A stretch of DNA of 64,000 nt from NCBI RefSeq assembly GCF_965660735.1, contig NZ_CBFIBD010000011.1, positions 976 through 64,975 on the forward strand, in the 5' to 3' direction. The translations under genes and the position numbers were made by a program. The notes beneath the pieces were generated by a model. It made no database searches and was not told the origin of the DNA. It worked only from the letters and a program-made list of their open reading frames with translations. Positions 52,177 to 60,913 of this stretch are shown here, piece by piece. The DNA is from Yoonia sp. Lineage in GTDB: Bacteria > Pseudomonadota > Alphaproteobacteria > Rhodobacterales > Rhodobacteraceae. Position 1 is the first letter of the stretch. The number at the start of each line of letters is the position of its first letter.

Positions 52177-52314
52177 TCCGGTCATTCACACTGCGCAGGC
52201 TGTTCACGATTATCTGATCAACCCTTTTGCGCGGCGATGTGATCCCCATCTAATAGTCAGGAAGCGCGCCACTGGAACAGGCCGCTTCCCCTCACTGTCC
52301 CTCGTTCCATACCT

Positions 52315-52342
52315 GCGCCCGGGTTCAACCGGGCGCTTTTTT
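52315..52342 (+). terminator. rho-independent terminator
   Basis: GCGCCCGG-TTCA-ACCGGGCGC followed by TTTTTT, about 140 nt after the nearest upstream plus-strand stop. Confidence 0.55.
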
Positions 52343-52371
52343 ATGAGGCGGTTCGGGGCTAATGTGTCGCC

Positions 52372-52839
52372 ATGACATATACCGACTCGCATCTGCGCCG
52401 CATTCTTGACCGGACCCGCACCATTGCCGTGGTCGGGGTTTCCGCCAATCCCGTTCGCCCCAGCTATTACGTCGCGCGCTATCTGGGGCTGAAAGGCTAT
52501 CGCGTCATCCCGGTCAATCCCGGTCTGGCGGGCCAGACCCTGTTGAGTGAAACGGTTTATGCCACGCTGACGGATGTGCCCGACGATGTGGATATGGTTG
52601 ATATCTTTCGCCGTTCTGACGCGGTGCCGCCCATCGTGGACGAGGCGCTGGCCCGCTGGCCCGACTTACAGACGATCTGGATGCAGATCGGGGTCGAACA
52701 TGCAGAGGCCGCAGAAAAGGCCCAGGCGCGCGGTGTCGATGTCATCCAGAACCGCTGCCCCAAGATTGAATATCAGCGGTTGTGCGGTGAATTGCGCATG
52801 GGCGGGTTCAATACCGGTGTGATTTCGTCGAAACTTTAG
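52372..52839 (+). CDS. CoA-binding protein (YccU-like)
   Basis: IAVVGVSANPVRPSY...GYRVIPVNP...VDMVDIFRRS pattern. Confidence 0.85.
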   Translation: MTYTDSHLRRILDRTRTIAVVGVSANPVRPSYYVARYLGLKGYRVIPVNPGLAGQTLLSETVYATLTDVPDDVDMVDIFRRSDAVPPIVDEALARWPDLQTIWMQIGVEHAEAAEKAQARGVDVIQNRCPKIEYQRLCGELRMGGFNTGVISSKL

Positions 52840-53141
52840 CGGCTGGCCTTTTCGGCGATGCCCGATGTGCCTTGCCGGCGTGCCAGTTCGGCCATCACAT
52901 CCTCAAGCCGGACGTCGCGCGCGGCCAGCATGACCAGCAGGTGATAGATCACATCCGCTGCCTCTGATGTCAGGCGGTCTTTGTCGCCTTTCACCGCCTC
53001 GATGATCGCTTCCACCGCCTCTTCGCCGAATTTCTCGGCACATTTTTCGGGGCCTTTGGACAGCAGTTTTGCTGTCCAGCTGCTCTCGGGGTCGGCGGTT
53101 TTGCGTGCGGCGATGATCGCAGCCAGATCGTCAAGGGTCAT
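52836..53141 (-). CDS. hisE: phosphoribosyl-ATP diphosphatase
   Basis: 101 aa with [18 protein letters not shown]...[12 protein letters not shown]. Confidence 0.9.
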   Translation of the reverse strand: MTLDDLAAIIAARKTADPESSWTAKLLSKGPEKCAEKFGEEAVEAIIEAVKGDKDRLTSEAADVIYHLLVMLAARDVRLEDVMAELARRQGTSGIAEKASR

Positions 53142-53899
53142 GTCAGCCTCACAGGGATGCCAGCGGCCGCCATATGCGCCTTGGCCTCGGCGATTGTATA
53201 GGTGCCAAAGTGGAAGATCGACGCGGCAAGCACCGCAGATGCATGACCCTCGGTCACGCCTTCGACGAGATGATCCAAGGTGCCGACCCCGCCCGAGGCG
53301 ATCACCGGCACATCGACCGCATCCGCTATTGCGCGGGTCAGGGGGATGTTGAACCCCGATTTGGTGCCGTCCCGATCCATCGAGGTCAGCAGGATTTCAC
53401 CCGCACCCTTTTCAACAACGGTCTGCGCGAATTCCACCGCGTTGATGCCTGTTGCCCGGCGCCCGCCATGGGTGAAGATCTCCCATTTTCCGGGACTGAC
53501 GGTTTTTGCATCAATCGCCACGACGATGCACTGCGACCCGAACCGCATCGCGGCCTCGGCCACCACATCGGGGTCGGCGACGGCGGCCGAATTGAAACTG
53601 ACCTTGTCCGCCCCCGCCAGCAGCAGATTGCGCACATCATGATGCGTGCGCACCCCGCCACCGATGGTCAGCGGCATGAAACATTGTTCCGCTGTGCGTG
53701 TCGCCAGATCATACATTGTGCCGCGGTTTTCATGGGTCGCATGGATATCCAGAAAACACAGTTCGTCCGCGCCAGCCGCATTATATGCGATCGCGGCATC
53801 GACAGGGTCGCCCGCGTCGATCAGATCCACGAAATTGACGCCTTTGACGACACGGCCATCGGCCACGTCCAGACAGGGGATGATACGGGTTTTCAACAT
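53138..53899 (-). CDS. hisF: imidazole glycerol phosphate synthase cyclase subunit
   Basis: [12 protein letters not shown] start (ATG 53899), 253 aa, and a 4-nt overlap with hisE. The upstream 72 codons of the track ORF are read-through. Confidence 0.97.
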   Translation of the reverse strand: MLKTRIIPCLDVADGRVVKGVNFVDLIDAGDPVDAAIAYNAAGADELCFLDIHATHENRGTMYDLATRTAEQCFMPLTIGGGVRTHHDVRNLLLAGADKVSFNSAAVADPDVVAEAAMRFGSQCIVVAIDAKTVSPGKWEIFTHGGRRATGINAVEFAQTVVEKGAGEILLTSMDRDGTKSGFNIPLTRAIADAVDVPVIASGGVGTLDHLVEGVTEGHASAVLAASIFHFGTYTIAEAKAHMAAAGIPVRLT

Positions 53900-53978
53900 G
53901 GCGTGATCCATAGGCTGAACAGGGCGAAATGGGAAGGGGAAGGTGATAGAGTACGACACGCTATAGCAGGAGTTCTTG

Positions 53979-54422
53979 ATGAAGTATCTGGTCGCCCCGG
54001 CCCTGATCGGGCTTTCAACAATGGCCACGGCCGCGGATGTCACGAAACAATCGCCCTTGTCGGTCACGCAGACTGTCGATGGGCTGGAGGCCGCAGTGAC
54101 AGGCGCAGGTGCCACCGTGTTTGCCCGTGTGGATCACGCCGCAGGTGCGCAAAGCGTCGGTAAATCCATCCCCGATGCGCAACTGTTGATTTTCGGCAAC
54201 CCCGCGCTGGGCACTCTGGCGATGGAGGATGACATCCGCGCGGGTCTAGTCCTGCCGCTGCGGGTGTTGGTCTATCGGGATGCGGATGGACATACCCAGA
54301 TGACATGGACCCCGGCAGAGGATCTGTTCGCGGGGATGAATATCGCCGCTGATGCCGCAGTGATCGCACGGATCAACGGCGCGCTGAACGGGCTGACCGA
54401 CCGCGCGATGAGCGCGCATTAA
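53979..54422 (+). CDS. DUF302 domain protein, secreted
   Basis: Signal peptide ([19 protein letters not shown]) and DUF302-like [11 protein letters not shown]...LPLRVLVY. It lies on the opposite strand between hisF and hisA. Confidence 0.8.
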   Translation: MKYLVAPALIGLSTMATAADVTKQSPLSVTQTVDGLEAAVTGAGATVFARVDHAAGAQSVGKSIPDAQLLIFGNPALGTLAMEDDIRAGLVLPLRVLVYRDADGHTQMTWTPAEDLFAGMNIAADAAVIARINGALNGLTDRAMSAH

Positions 54423-55141
54423 TCGCCCGACAGCGCCTGCAAGGCCGCCCGCAGATCAAGCGCGCCGTCATAAAGCGCGCGCCCCGAAATCGCGCCGGAT
54501 ATCACGCCAGTGTCGCGCAGCGCCAGCAGGTCAGCCATGGACGACACGCCACCAGATGCGATGACGGGGATACTGACCGCGCGGGCAAGATCCGCAGTGG
54601 CCGCAATATTGGGGCCTTTCATCGCGCCGTCGCGCAGGATGTCTGTATAGATGATCGCAGCGATGCCGGCGTCCTCGAACGAGCGGGCCAGATCGGTGAC
54701 CATCACATCTGTCTCCTCGGCCCAGCCACGGGTCGCGACACGGCCATTGCGGGCGTCCAGCCCGACTGCGACCTGACCGGGGAACGCACGGGCCGCGTCC
54801 CGCACCAGATCGGGGTTTTCCACCGCAACGGTGCCCAGAATGACCCGTGCCAGCCCCTTGTCCAGCCAGCGTTCGATCGTTGCCATGTCGCGAATACCGC
54901 CGCCCAGTTGCGCAGGCACCGGGCAGGCTTTCAGGATCGCCTCGACCGGGGCGGCATTGACGGGTTCACCGGCAAAGGCCCCGTTCAGATCGACCAGATG
55001 CAGCCATTCACACCCGGCATCGACAAAGGCGCGCGCCTGCGCCGCCGGATCATCGTTAAATACGGTCGTCTGGTCCATATCCCCATGCACCAGCCGCACG
55101 GCGTTTCCGTCTTTCAGATCAATGGCAGGATAGAGGATCAT
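54419..55141 (-). CDS. hisA: ProFAR isomerase
   Basis: [12 protein letters not shown] start (ATG 55141), and VDLNGA and ASGGVSS motifs. Confidence 0.95.
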   Translation of the reverse strand: MILYPAIDLKDGNAVRLVHGDMDQTTVFNDDPAAQARAFVDAGCEWLHLVDLNGAFAGEPVNAAPVEAILKACPVPAQLGGGIRDMATIERWLDKGLARVILGTVAVENPDLVRDAARAFPGQVAVGLDARNGRVATRGWAEETDVMVTDLARSFEDAGIAAIIYTDILRDGAMKGPNIAATADLARAVSIPVIASGGVSSMADLLALRDTGVISGAISGRALYDGALDLRAALQALSGD

Positions 55142-55312
55142 CGGCGCGCCCTTTCGCATGTTTGGCGCGTTTATGCATGCAGGCGGGCAGATTGCAACGG
55201 GCAGAACATGGTATACGGCCTGCCTGAACTGATGTGCCCGGCGGCTGCAAATAGACTATGCTTGTCGACAAGGCCCCTGATTTGTGGCTTGTCGAGCAGG
55301 AAGGATACACCG

Positions 55313-56452
55313 ATGGAACCATTCACGATCTGGATCGCCGGAACAGCCGGTGCATGGGCCATTGGCCGCACATTGGATCAGACCAGCAATTTCGCCGAAG
55401 ACGTCTTGCGGCGGGTCTCGGACAGTGGGACGGAGTTCCTTAACCACGATCCGCGCCACGTAAACCAATGCTACGCGGAAGTCGGCCCAAAACTTGCAGG
55501 CAGTTTGCCCTATCTGGAAATCGCTGATTTTTCTGATGACATCCGGCAAGGCCGGACGTCGCGCATCATGGCGCGGGTCAATTCCGACCCGTTTTTCACC
55601 CAGGCGACCGATTTCGAATGGGCCCAGGCACGCGCGCAGGCCTATCTCGACTATCGGTCCAAGGGCTACGCGGCCAGCGATTCACCGGTCATGCGGATCG
55701 CGTCTGCAACGCAGTCCGCCGACGGGCTGGAGGTTGGCATAAGGCCGACACGGTATTTCTGCCAGGCGGAAAGCAACCTGGTACTGGACAAGAAAACCAC
55801 TATCCTTTCATACGAAAAGAAACAGGTTACCGTCACGCTGCGCCAATTGCTGTCTGCCGGTCAGGATCTTGGGTTGCCGCGGCTTGACGACAAGAGATTG
55901 GCGAACTCATTGGGTGTCGTTGTCTGTTTTCTGTCGAAGGATCGCGAAGGCCGCATCGCGCTGCGCATGGTGAAACGTGCCAAGGAAGTCGGCGTCTTTC
56001 CCGGTGGCGTGCATCCCGCGATGAGCTGCGCGATCAAATGGGACCATGAAAGGGTCTACCAGCCAGAGATGGATCTGATGGATCTGATCCTTCCGGATAT
56101 CCAGCGCGAAATGGTGCAGGAAACGGGGCTTGATCCGTCGCAGTATTCCACACCGATCCCGTTGTCGTTCTGTCGGGAATTCCTGCGTGGCGGCAAACCG
56201 CAGCTTTTTTGCCTTTCATATACGGATTTGCCCCAGCACGACCTGAACGCCGCCCGAGACCGCCAGATGAAGACACAGCGTGCATACCGACCTGAAAAAG
56301 TCGAATTGCTGGGCTCCGGCTGGCTGTCGGCACACGACCCTAGCGCGGCAATTGGCGGTCGGCTGCCGGGAAACCTGACCCATGAAGGTGCAGCGGCGTT
56401 CCATCTGGTGAACCGCCTGTTTGCAGGGGCCGGGACCCAACGTCAGGCTTGA
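55313..56452 (+). CDS. orphan 379-aa protein, possible degenerate Nudix-fold C-terminal half
   Basis: AGGAAGGA SD 8 nt upstream of the ATG at 55313. The longer track ORF (from 54908) runs antisense through hisA. I recognise no family; the motif discussion is in the findings. Confidence 0.6.
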   Translation: MEPFTIWIAGTAGAWAIGRTLDQTSNFAEDVLRRVSDSGTEFLNHDPRHVNQCYAEVGPKLAGSLPYLEIADFSDDIRQGRTSRIMARVNSDPFFTQATDFEWAQARAQAYLDYRSKGYAASDSPVMRIASATQSADGLEVGIRPTRYFCQAESNLVLDKKTTILSYEKKQVTVTLRQLLSAGQDLGLPRLDDKRLANSLGVVVCFLSKDREGRIALRMVKRAKEVGVFPGGVHPAMSCAIKWDHERVYQPEMDLMDLILPDIQREMVQETGLDPSQYSTPIPLSFCREFLRGGKPQLFCLSYTDLPQHDLNAARDRQMKTQRAYRPEKVELLGSGWLSAHDPSAAIGGRLPGNLTHEGAAAFHLVNRLFAGAGTQRQA

Positions 56453-56507
56453 TCGGCGATGGTGCGTCCGCGCAAGGTTGCATCACGACTAAAGGAGGAA
56501 ATTGAGT

Positions 56508-56897
56508 ATGAAGACACTGGCGATCACAACGCTGGCCCTTTTGGGCCTGGCCGGACCTGTACTTGCCGACCCGCTGGAGGGCATGTGGCGCACGGCGCGC
56601 GACGACAACGGAAATTCCGGAATCATTCAGGTCGCGCCCTGTGGCGACGCCCTCTGTGGCACACTGGTGCAATCCTTTGATGCCGATGGCAATGAATTGA
56701 CCACGAACAATATCGGCCGCCAGATCATTTCACAGACCATTGCGCGCGGCGATGGCGCCTATCGCGGCAAGGTCTGGTCACCGGACCGGGACAAAACCTA
56801 TAATTCGCGGCTGCAACTGACCGGGAACACGTTGTCGGTATCGGGCTGCGTGCTGGGTATCTGCCGCGATGGCGGCACCTGGACACGCGCGCAATAA
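56508..56897 (+). CDS. DUF2147 domain protein, secreted
   Basis: GGAGGA SD, signal peptide, and a GMWRT..D...I.V.PCGDALCG...GKVWSPD.DKTY...L...L.VSGC pattern. Confidence 0.8.
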   Translation: MKTLAITTLALLGLAGPVLADPLEGMWRTARDDNGNSGIIQVAPCGDALCGTLVQSFDADGNELTTNNIGRQIISQTIARGDGAYRGKVWSPDRDKTYNSRLQLTGNTLSVSGCVLGICRDGGTWTRAQ

Positions 56898-56908
56898 GGG
56901 GCAGGGGG

Positions 56909-57382
56909 CTAGCCTGCCCGCAGCCCCGTTTCCACCAGCATCCCGCGTCGCTTGGCCTCGTAGTAATAGCCGCGTGCATACCAGCCGACGGCCGCGTCTT
57001 CGCTGCCGTCCGAAACCAGCCATGCACCGCGCAGGTATTTCCCCGCATATGCCAGGTTGGTTTCCGCATCCAGCAACCCTTCGGGCGATCCGCGATAGCC
57101 CATTGTCCGGGCTGTCTGGGGCAAGATCTGCATCAACCCGTAATAAGGACCGTTGCGCGCGGCCGGATTATGCGTGCTTTCGCGCACAATCACCCGGTGC
57201 AACAGCGTCACAGGGATGCCGTGAATTTTTGCGTATTTGTTAATCAGCCGCCGCAGTTCGGGTGTTTCATTGGGATAAAGCGGAAGGTCGCGGTTTGCTC
57301 TGTTCACCTGTTGCGGCGATCTGCGCCCGCAGCCGACGAGGGCCATTGTCGCACCCAATAAAACGAAACGCCGTGTCAGCAT
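56909..57382 (-). CDS. lytic transglycosylase (SLT) domain lipoprotein
   Basis: Lipobox LVGC, catalytic-region VRESTHNP...YGLMQILPQTAR, and an AYAGKYLR block. Confidence 0.8.
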   Translation of the reverse strand: MLTRRFVLLGATMALVGCGRRSPQQVNRANRDLPLYPNETPELRRLINKYAKIHGIPVTLLHRVIVRESTHNPAARNGPYYGLMQILPQTARTMGYRGSPEGLLDAETNLAYAGKYLRGAWLVSDGSEDAAVGWYARGYYYEAKRRGMLVETGLRAG

Positions 57383-57403
57383 CGGTGACTTTTCCTTTTT
57401 GTG

Positions 57404-58042
57404 TCAGGGCATCCAGCGCAGGAAATTGCCGATCATACGCAACCCTGCGGCCTGGCTTTTCTCGGGATGAAATTGCGTGCCGATGATGTTGTCGCGGCCC
57501 ACGATGGCGGTGATGTCGCCTGCGTAATCGACATGCGCCAGACGTTCCACCGGGTTGGCGACCTCCATCGCATATGAATGAACGAAATAGGCATGCTCGC
57601 CCGTTGCGATGCCCTCCAGCACCGGATGCGGATGGTCGATCACCAGATCGTTCCAGCCCATATGCGGCACCTTCAGAGCCGGATCGGCGGGGGTGATCCG
57701 GCGGATGTCGCCCGCGATCCAGCCGAAACCCGGGGTTTCTTCGTATTCATGGCCTGTTGTCGCCAACATCTGCATCCCCACGCAGATGCCAAAGAAGGGG
57801 ACCGCGCGGGTGATCACGGCCTCTGTAATCGCCTCGGCCAGACCAGTTTGGGCGTAAAGCTGTGCGCGACAATGAGGAAACGCCCCGTCACCGGGCAGCA
57901 CGATCCGGTCAGCGCGTGCCACCACGTCTGGGTCGCCGGTCACTATGATCGGCCCGGCGCCAGCTTCGGCGGCCATCCGCTCGAACGCCTTTTGCGCAGA
58001 ATGCAGATTGCCGCTGTCGTAGTCAATCAGCGCGGTTGTCAC
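57404..58042 (-). CDS. hisH: imidazole glycerol phosphate synthase glutaminase subunit
   Basis: [10 protein letters not shown] start, GICVGMQ nucleophile and QFHPEKS. Confidence 0.95.
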   Translation of the reverse strand: MTTALIDYDSGNLHSAQKAFERMAAEAGAGPIIVTGDPDVVARADRIVLPGDGAFPHCRAQLYAQTGLAEAITEAVITRAVPFFGICVGMQMLATTGHEYEETPGFGWIAGDIRRITPADPALKVPHMGWNDLVIDHPHPVLEGIATGEHAYFVHSYAMEVANPVERLAHVDYAGDITAIVGRDNIIGTQFHPEKSQAAGLRMIGNFLRWMP

Positions 58043-58626
58043 AGGCTGCCTTTGGTGGATGGGATGGCGTCGGCCTTGCGCGGATCAACCTCGACCGCTT
58101 CGCGCAGCGCACGTGCGACGGCCTTGAATGCGGCCTCTGCGATGTGGTGGGCGTTGAAGCCGTGCAGCCTGTCAATGTGCAGCGTGATGCCGCCGTGGGT
58201 GGACAGTGCCTGAAAGAATTCGCGCACCAGTTCGGTGTCAAACGTGCCGATCTTGCCAAATGGCAGGTCCAGATTGCAGATCAGATAGGGCCGCGCGGAC
58301 AGATCAAGTGCTGCGCGCACCTGTGCGTCATCCATCGCCAGATGACACGCCCCATACCGCCGGATACCGCGCTTGTCTCCCAGCGCCTGCGACAGGGCCT
58401 GACCAAGGGCAATTCCCACATCCTCGACCGTGTGGTGATCGTCGATATGTAAATCGCCCGTCGCCCGCACGGTCATGTCAATCAGCGCGTGGCGCGACAA
58501 CTGGTCCAGCATATGATCAAAAAACCCGACGCCGGTCTGGTTGTCGTATTGGCCGGTGCCATCAAGGTCGATGGTCACGGAAATATCAGTTTCGGCGGTC
58601 TGGCGGGTGATCGTTGATGTCCGCAT
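58039..58626 (-). CDS. hisB: imidazoleglycerol-phosphate dehydratase
   Basis: [10 protein letters not shown]..., [14 protein letters not shown] and [12 protein letters not shown] motifs. The start is at MRTSTITR (ATG 58626), with a 4-nt overlap with hisH. Confidence 0.95.
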   Translation of the reverse strand: MRTSTITRQTAETDISVTIDLDGTGQYDNQTGVGFFDHMLDQLSRHALIDMTVRATGDLHIDDHHTVEDVGIALGQALSQALGDKRGIRRYGACHLAMDDAQVRAALDLSARPYLICNLDLPFGKIGTFDTELVREFFQALSTHGGITLHIDRLHGFNAHHIAEAAFKAVARALREAVEVDPRKADAIPSTKGSL

Positions 58627-58778
58627 GGGATGTTCCTGACTGTCGCTGTTACCTGCTTCTATAGGGGTATCGCGGGCGGGGGCCAAGGGTGCGCGGGTCT
58701 TCACATCCGTTTTCAGCAAAATTTAAGACATGTGGGGGTAGTATCGGGCAAGTTGCTGCCAACCATCAGGAGAATCCG

Positions 58779-59558
58779 ATGAAAGCCCTTATTCTGCGCA
58801 AGAACGCGACAGCGACGGCACGCTGTGCCCAAGCCTTGATTGGCAAGGGATTTCAGGTTGTCTGTGTAGATACACGCACGGTCGCGCGGGCGCTGATCCA
58901 ACTGGAAACGATTGACCTGTTGGTCATGGATGAAAAGGTGGATGGGCGTCTGACTCATGCGCTGGCGCTATCTGCGGAGCGGCGCAACCCCTATGTCAGC
59001 GCCATCATCGTAACCGACCGGACGGGGCCCGAAACGGACGAGCTCTATGACCTGATCCCTTGCCTCTATGGCTTGGTGGGATCGGAAAGTTCGGGGCGGC
59101 TGATCAGCCAGCTTGCGCTGGCGTCGACCGAAAATTTCGACGAAGCACAGGCGCGCGTGCATCGGTTGTCGCAGTTCGTTGCGGCAGATGATGGCGATGC
59201 GGCCTTGGATGATGCCGCACTCGATCTTTTGCTGGCACAAGAGGATGCGGCGCTGCACGGTGCAACTGACGCTCCGGTCGATGATGCGGCACACGTCCTT
59301 GATACGATGTCCGCGATGGATGTTTCAGATCAGGCGGTCAAGTGCGACGACGGGGTGGAAGCCGACAATGAAAAACCGCAAGGCCCGGCGCATGAGATCG
59401 ATCAATATGAAGAGCATGAAACGCCAGTGCGGTCCCTGGTCCTTTATCCCGCCGGCGATGTGCAATTTGCAGCTCTGAAAATGTCGCATCGTTTCACGGT
59501 GTCGGGGCCGGCATTGATAGTTGATGAAGCAATGACATGCGCTGCTGCCGCATCATGA
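58779..59558 (+). CDS. receiver-like (pseudo-receiver) domain protein with acidic C-terminal region
   Basis: CAGGAGAA SD. MKALILRKN...FQVVCVD...IDLLVMDEKV...AIIVTD has a CheY-like beta/alpha periodicity but lacks the N-terminal acidic pair. The C-terminal half is Asp/Ala/Glu-rich. Confidence 0.5.
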   Translation: MKALILRKNATATARCAQALIGKGFQVVCVDTRTVARALIQLETIDLLVMDEKVDGRLTHALALSAERRNPYVSAIIVTDRTGPETDELYDLIPCLYGLVGSESSGRLISQLALASTENFDEAQARVHRLSQFVAADDGDAALDDAALDLLLAQEDAALHGATDAPVDDAAHVLDTMSAMDVSDQAVKCDDGVEADNEKPQGPAHEIDQYEEHETPVRSLVLYPAGDVQFAALKMSHRFTVSGPALIVDEAMTCAAAAS

Positions 59559-59572
59559 TGCGGCCGGATATG

Positions 59573-60913
59573 TCAGAACGTTGAATTCAACGTCAGTCCG
59601 AATGATGTCGTATTGCGTGTAAAGCGGCTGATATTGCTGTCGGCAACGCTGCCACTGATCGTCAGGCCGGGGGTAAATCCCGCATAGGAAAGATCATCAA
59701 ATCCCATATTGATGGTGTAGAAAAACGTCTGATCCTCGCGGCCGCCATCGACGGGAATGAGCACCGTATATGCGGGATAGTCTGACCACTTGATTCCGGC
59801 ACTTATCCCCAACGTCACCGGGCCGAACGGTTCTGCCCAAGCATAGGATCCTGCAAGGCTCCAGTCTTCATAGGTATAGTTGACACTGTCGCCGTCGCTT
59901 TGCGTATAAGTCAGCGTTGCGCCGATCCTGTCTTTGTTATCCAGCTGTTGCGTCACGCTGCTGCGCAGAATAGTGCGGTCAATGGTGCCAATCCCGGTCT
60001 GCACATAGGTCTGGCGTTCGTGCGTGGCTGACAACTGCAATCCAGTCTTGTCCGAGAGCGGCACTGTGCGGGCCAGCGACAACCGCCTGAAATCATAGTA
60101 ATCTTCGCGCCCGAAATCATATGTTCCAAAGGTTAACCGCCCGCCAAAGCTGCCGTTTTCCAAAATCCGATCATAGCCCAAGCTGATATCAGCCGCATCG
60201 GTGGCAAAGTCCCGGCCTGATATGTTGGCCGTGTTCTGGCCGTTTTCCAGCCGCACGCGCGAGGCTTGAACGCCGATCGCGACGGTGGCCCGGCTTTTTT
60301 CAGTTTGGGTCAGACGATACTGGCTGCGCAGACCCAGCACCGCACGAACCCCCGCCAATGCCTGTGCATCCGGTGACAGGGTGCCATCAGGCAGGCCGGG
60401 GGCGGTCAATATCTCATCTTCGGCGCCGCCGTTGACGTTGTTGGACGGCACAAGTGCGAATGACAGGCTGTTTGACCACGGGTTCAGGCGGCGCAGGCGC
60501 GCGGCGTCTTGTGTGGTTCTGGCGGTTTCCGTCTCGTTTGGCGCTACGGTCAGCGCCCGGCGCAGCCAGAGCGTGGCAAGCGTAAAACGTTCCTCGCGTG
60601 CAGCGGCCAGTGCCGTCAGGCGGGCGGCCTCATACCTTTGGGTGTTCGTATCAGACAGGGCCCATGCCCGCGCACCGGCCTTGCGCCCTGTCGCCGGATC
60701 AGCAAGGGCCGCCACAATGACAAGGGCCGTGCGATCATCCGGGTTCGCCTGCAACAGGCGTTCGGCGATCTGTAGGGCTGTGTCTTCCTCTCCGGCGCGA
60801 AATGCCTGCACTGCAATGGCACGCGCGTCGTCCAGCGACAGCGTCAGTGTTGTTTGTGCGCTGGCGAAAGAGCCGAACAGCCCGATCGCCAGCGCGAATA
60901 TCCATTTATTCAT
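59573..60913 (-). CDS. Slam-like outer-membrane protein (TPR + DUF560-type beta-barrel)
   Basis: Signal peptide (MNKWIFALAIGLFGSFASAQ), an N-terminal helical TPR-like region, a C-terminal ~290 aa of alternating beta-strand pattern, and a terminal ...GLTLNSTF aromatic OMP signature. Confidence 0.7.
   Translation of the reverse strand: MNKWIFALAIGLFGSFASAQTTLTLSLDDARAIAVQAFRAGEEDTALQIAERLLQANPDDRTALVIVAALADPATGRKAGARAWALSDTNTQRYEAARLTALAAAREERFTLATLWLRRALTVAPNETETARTTQDAARLRRLNPWSNSLSFALVPSNNVNGGAEDEILTAPGLPDGTLSPDAQALAGVRAVLGLRSQYRLTQTEKSRATVAIGVQASRVRLENGQNTANISGRDFATDAADISLGYDRILENGSFGGRLTFGTYDFGREDYYDFRRLSLARTVPLSDKTGLQLSATHERQTYVQTGIGTIDRTILRSSVTQQLDNKDRIGATLTYTQSDGDSVNYTYEDWSLAGSYAWAEPFGPVTLGISAGIKWSDYPAYTVLIPVDGGREDQTFFYTINMGFDDLSYAGFTPGLTISGSVADSNISRFTRNTTSFGLTLNSTF

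Noticed and set aside
54908-55312. N-terminal 135 codons of the 514-aa track ORF
   Set aside because: This part runs antisense through hisA and its promoter region. The SD-preceded ATG at 55313 gives a self-contained protein. An alternative ATG at 55208 lacks an SD.
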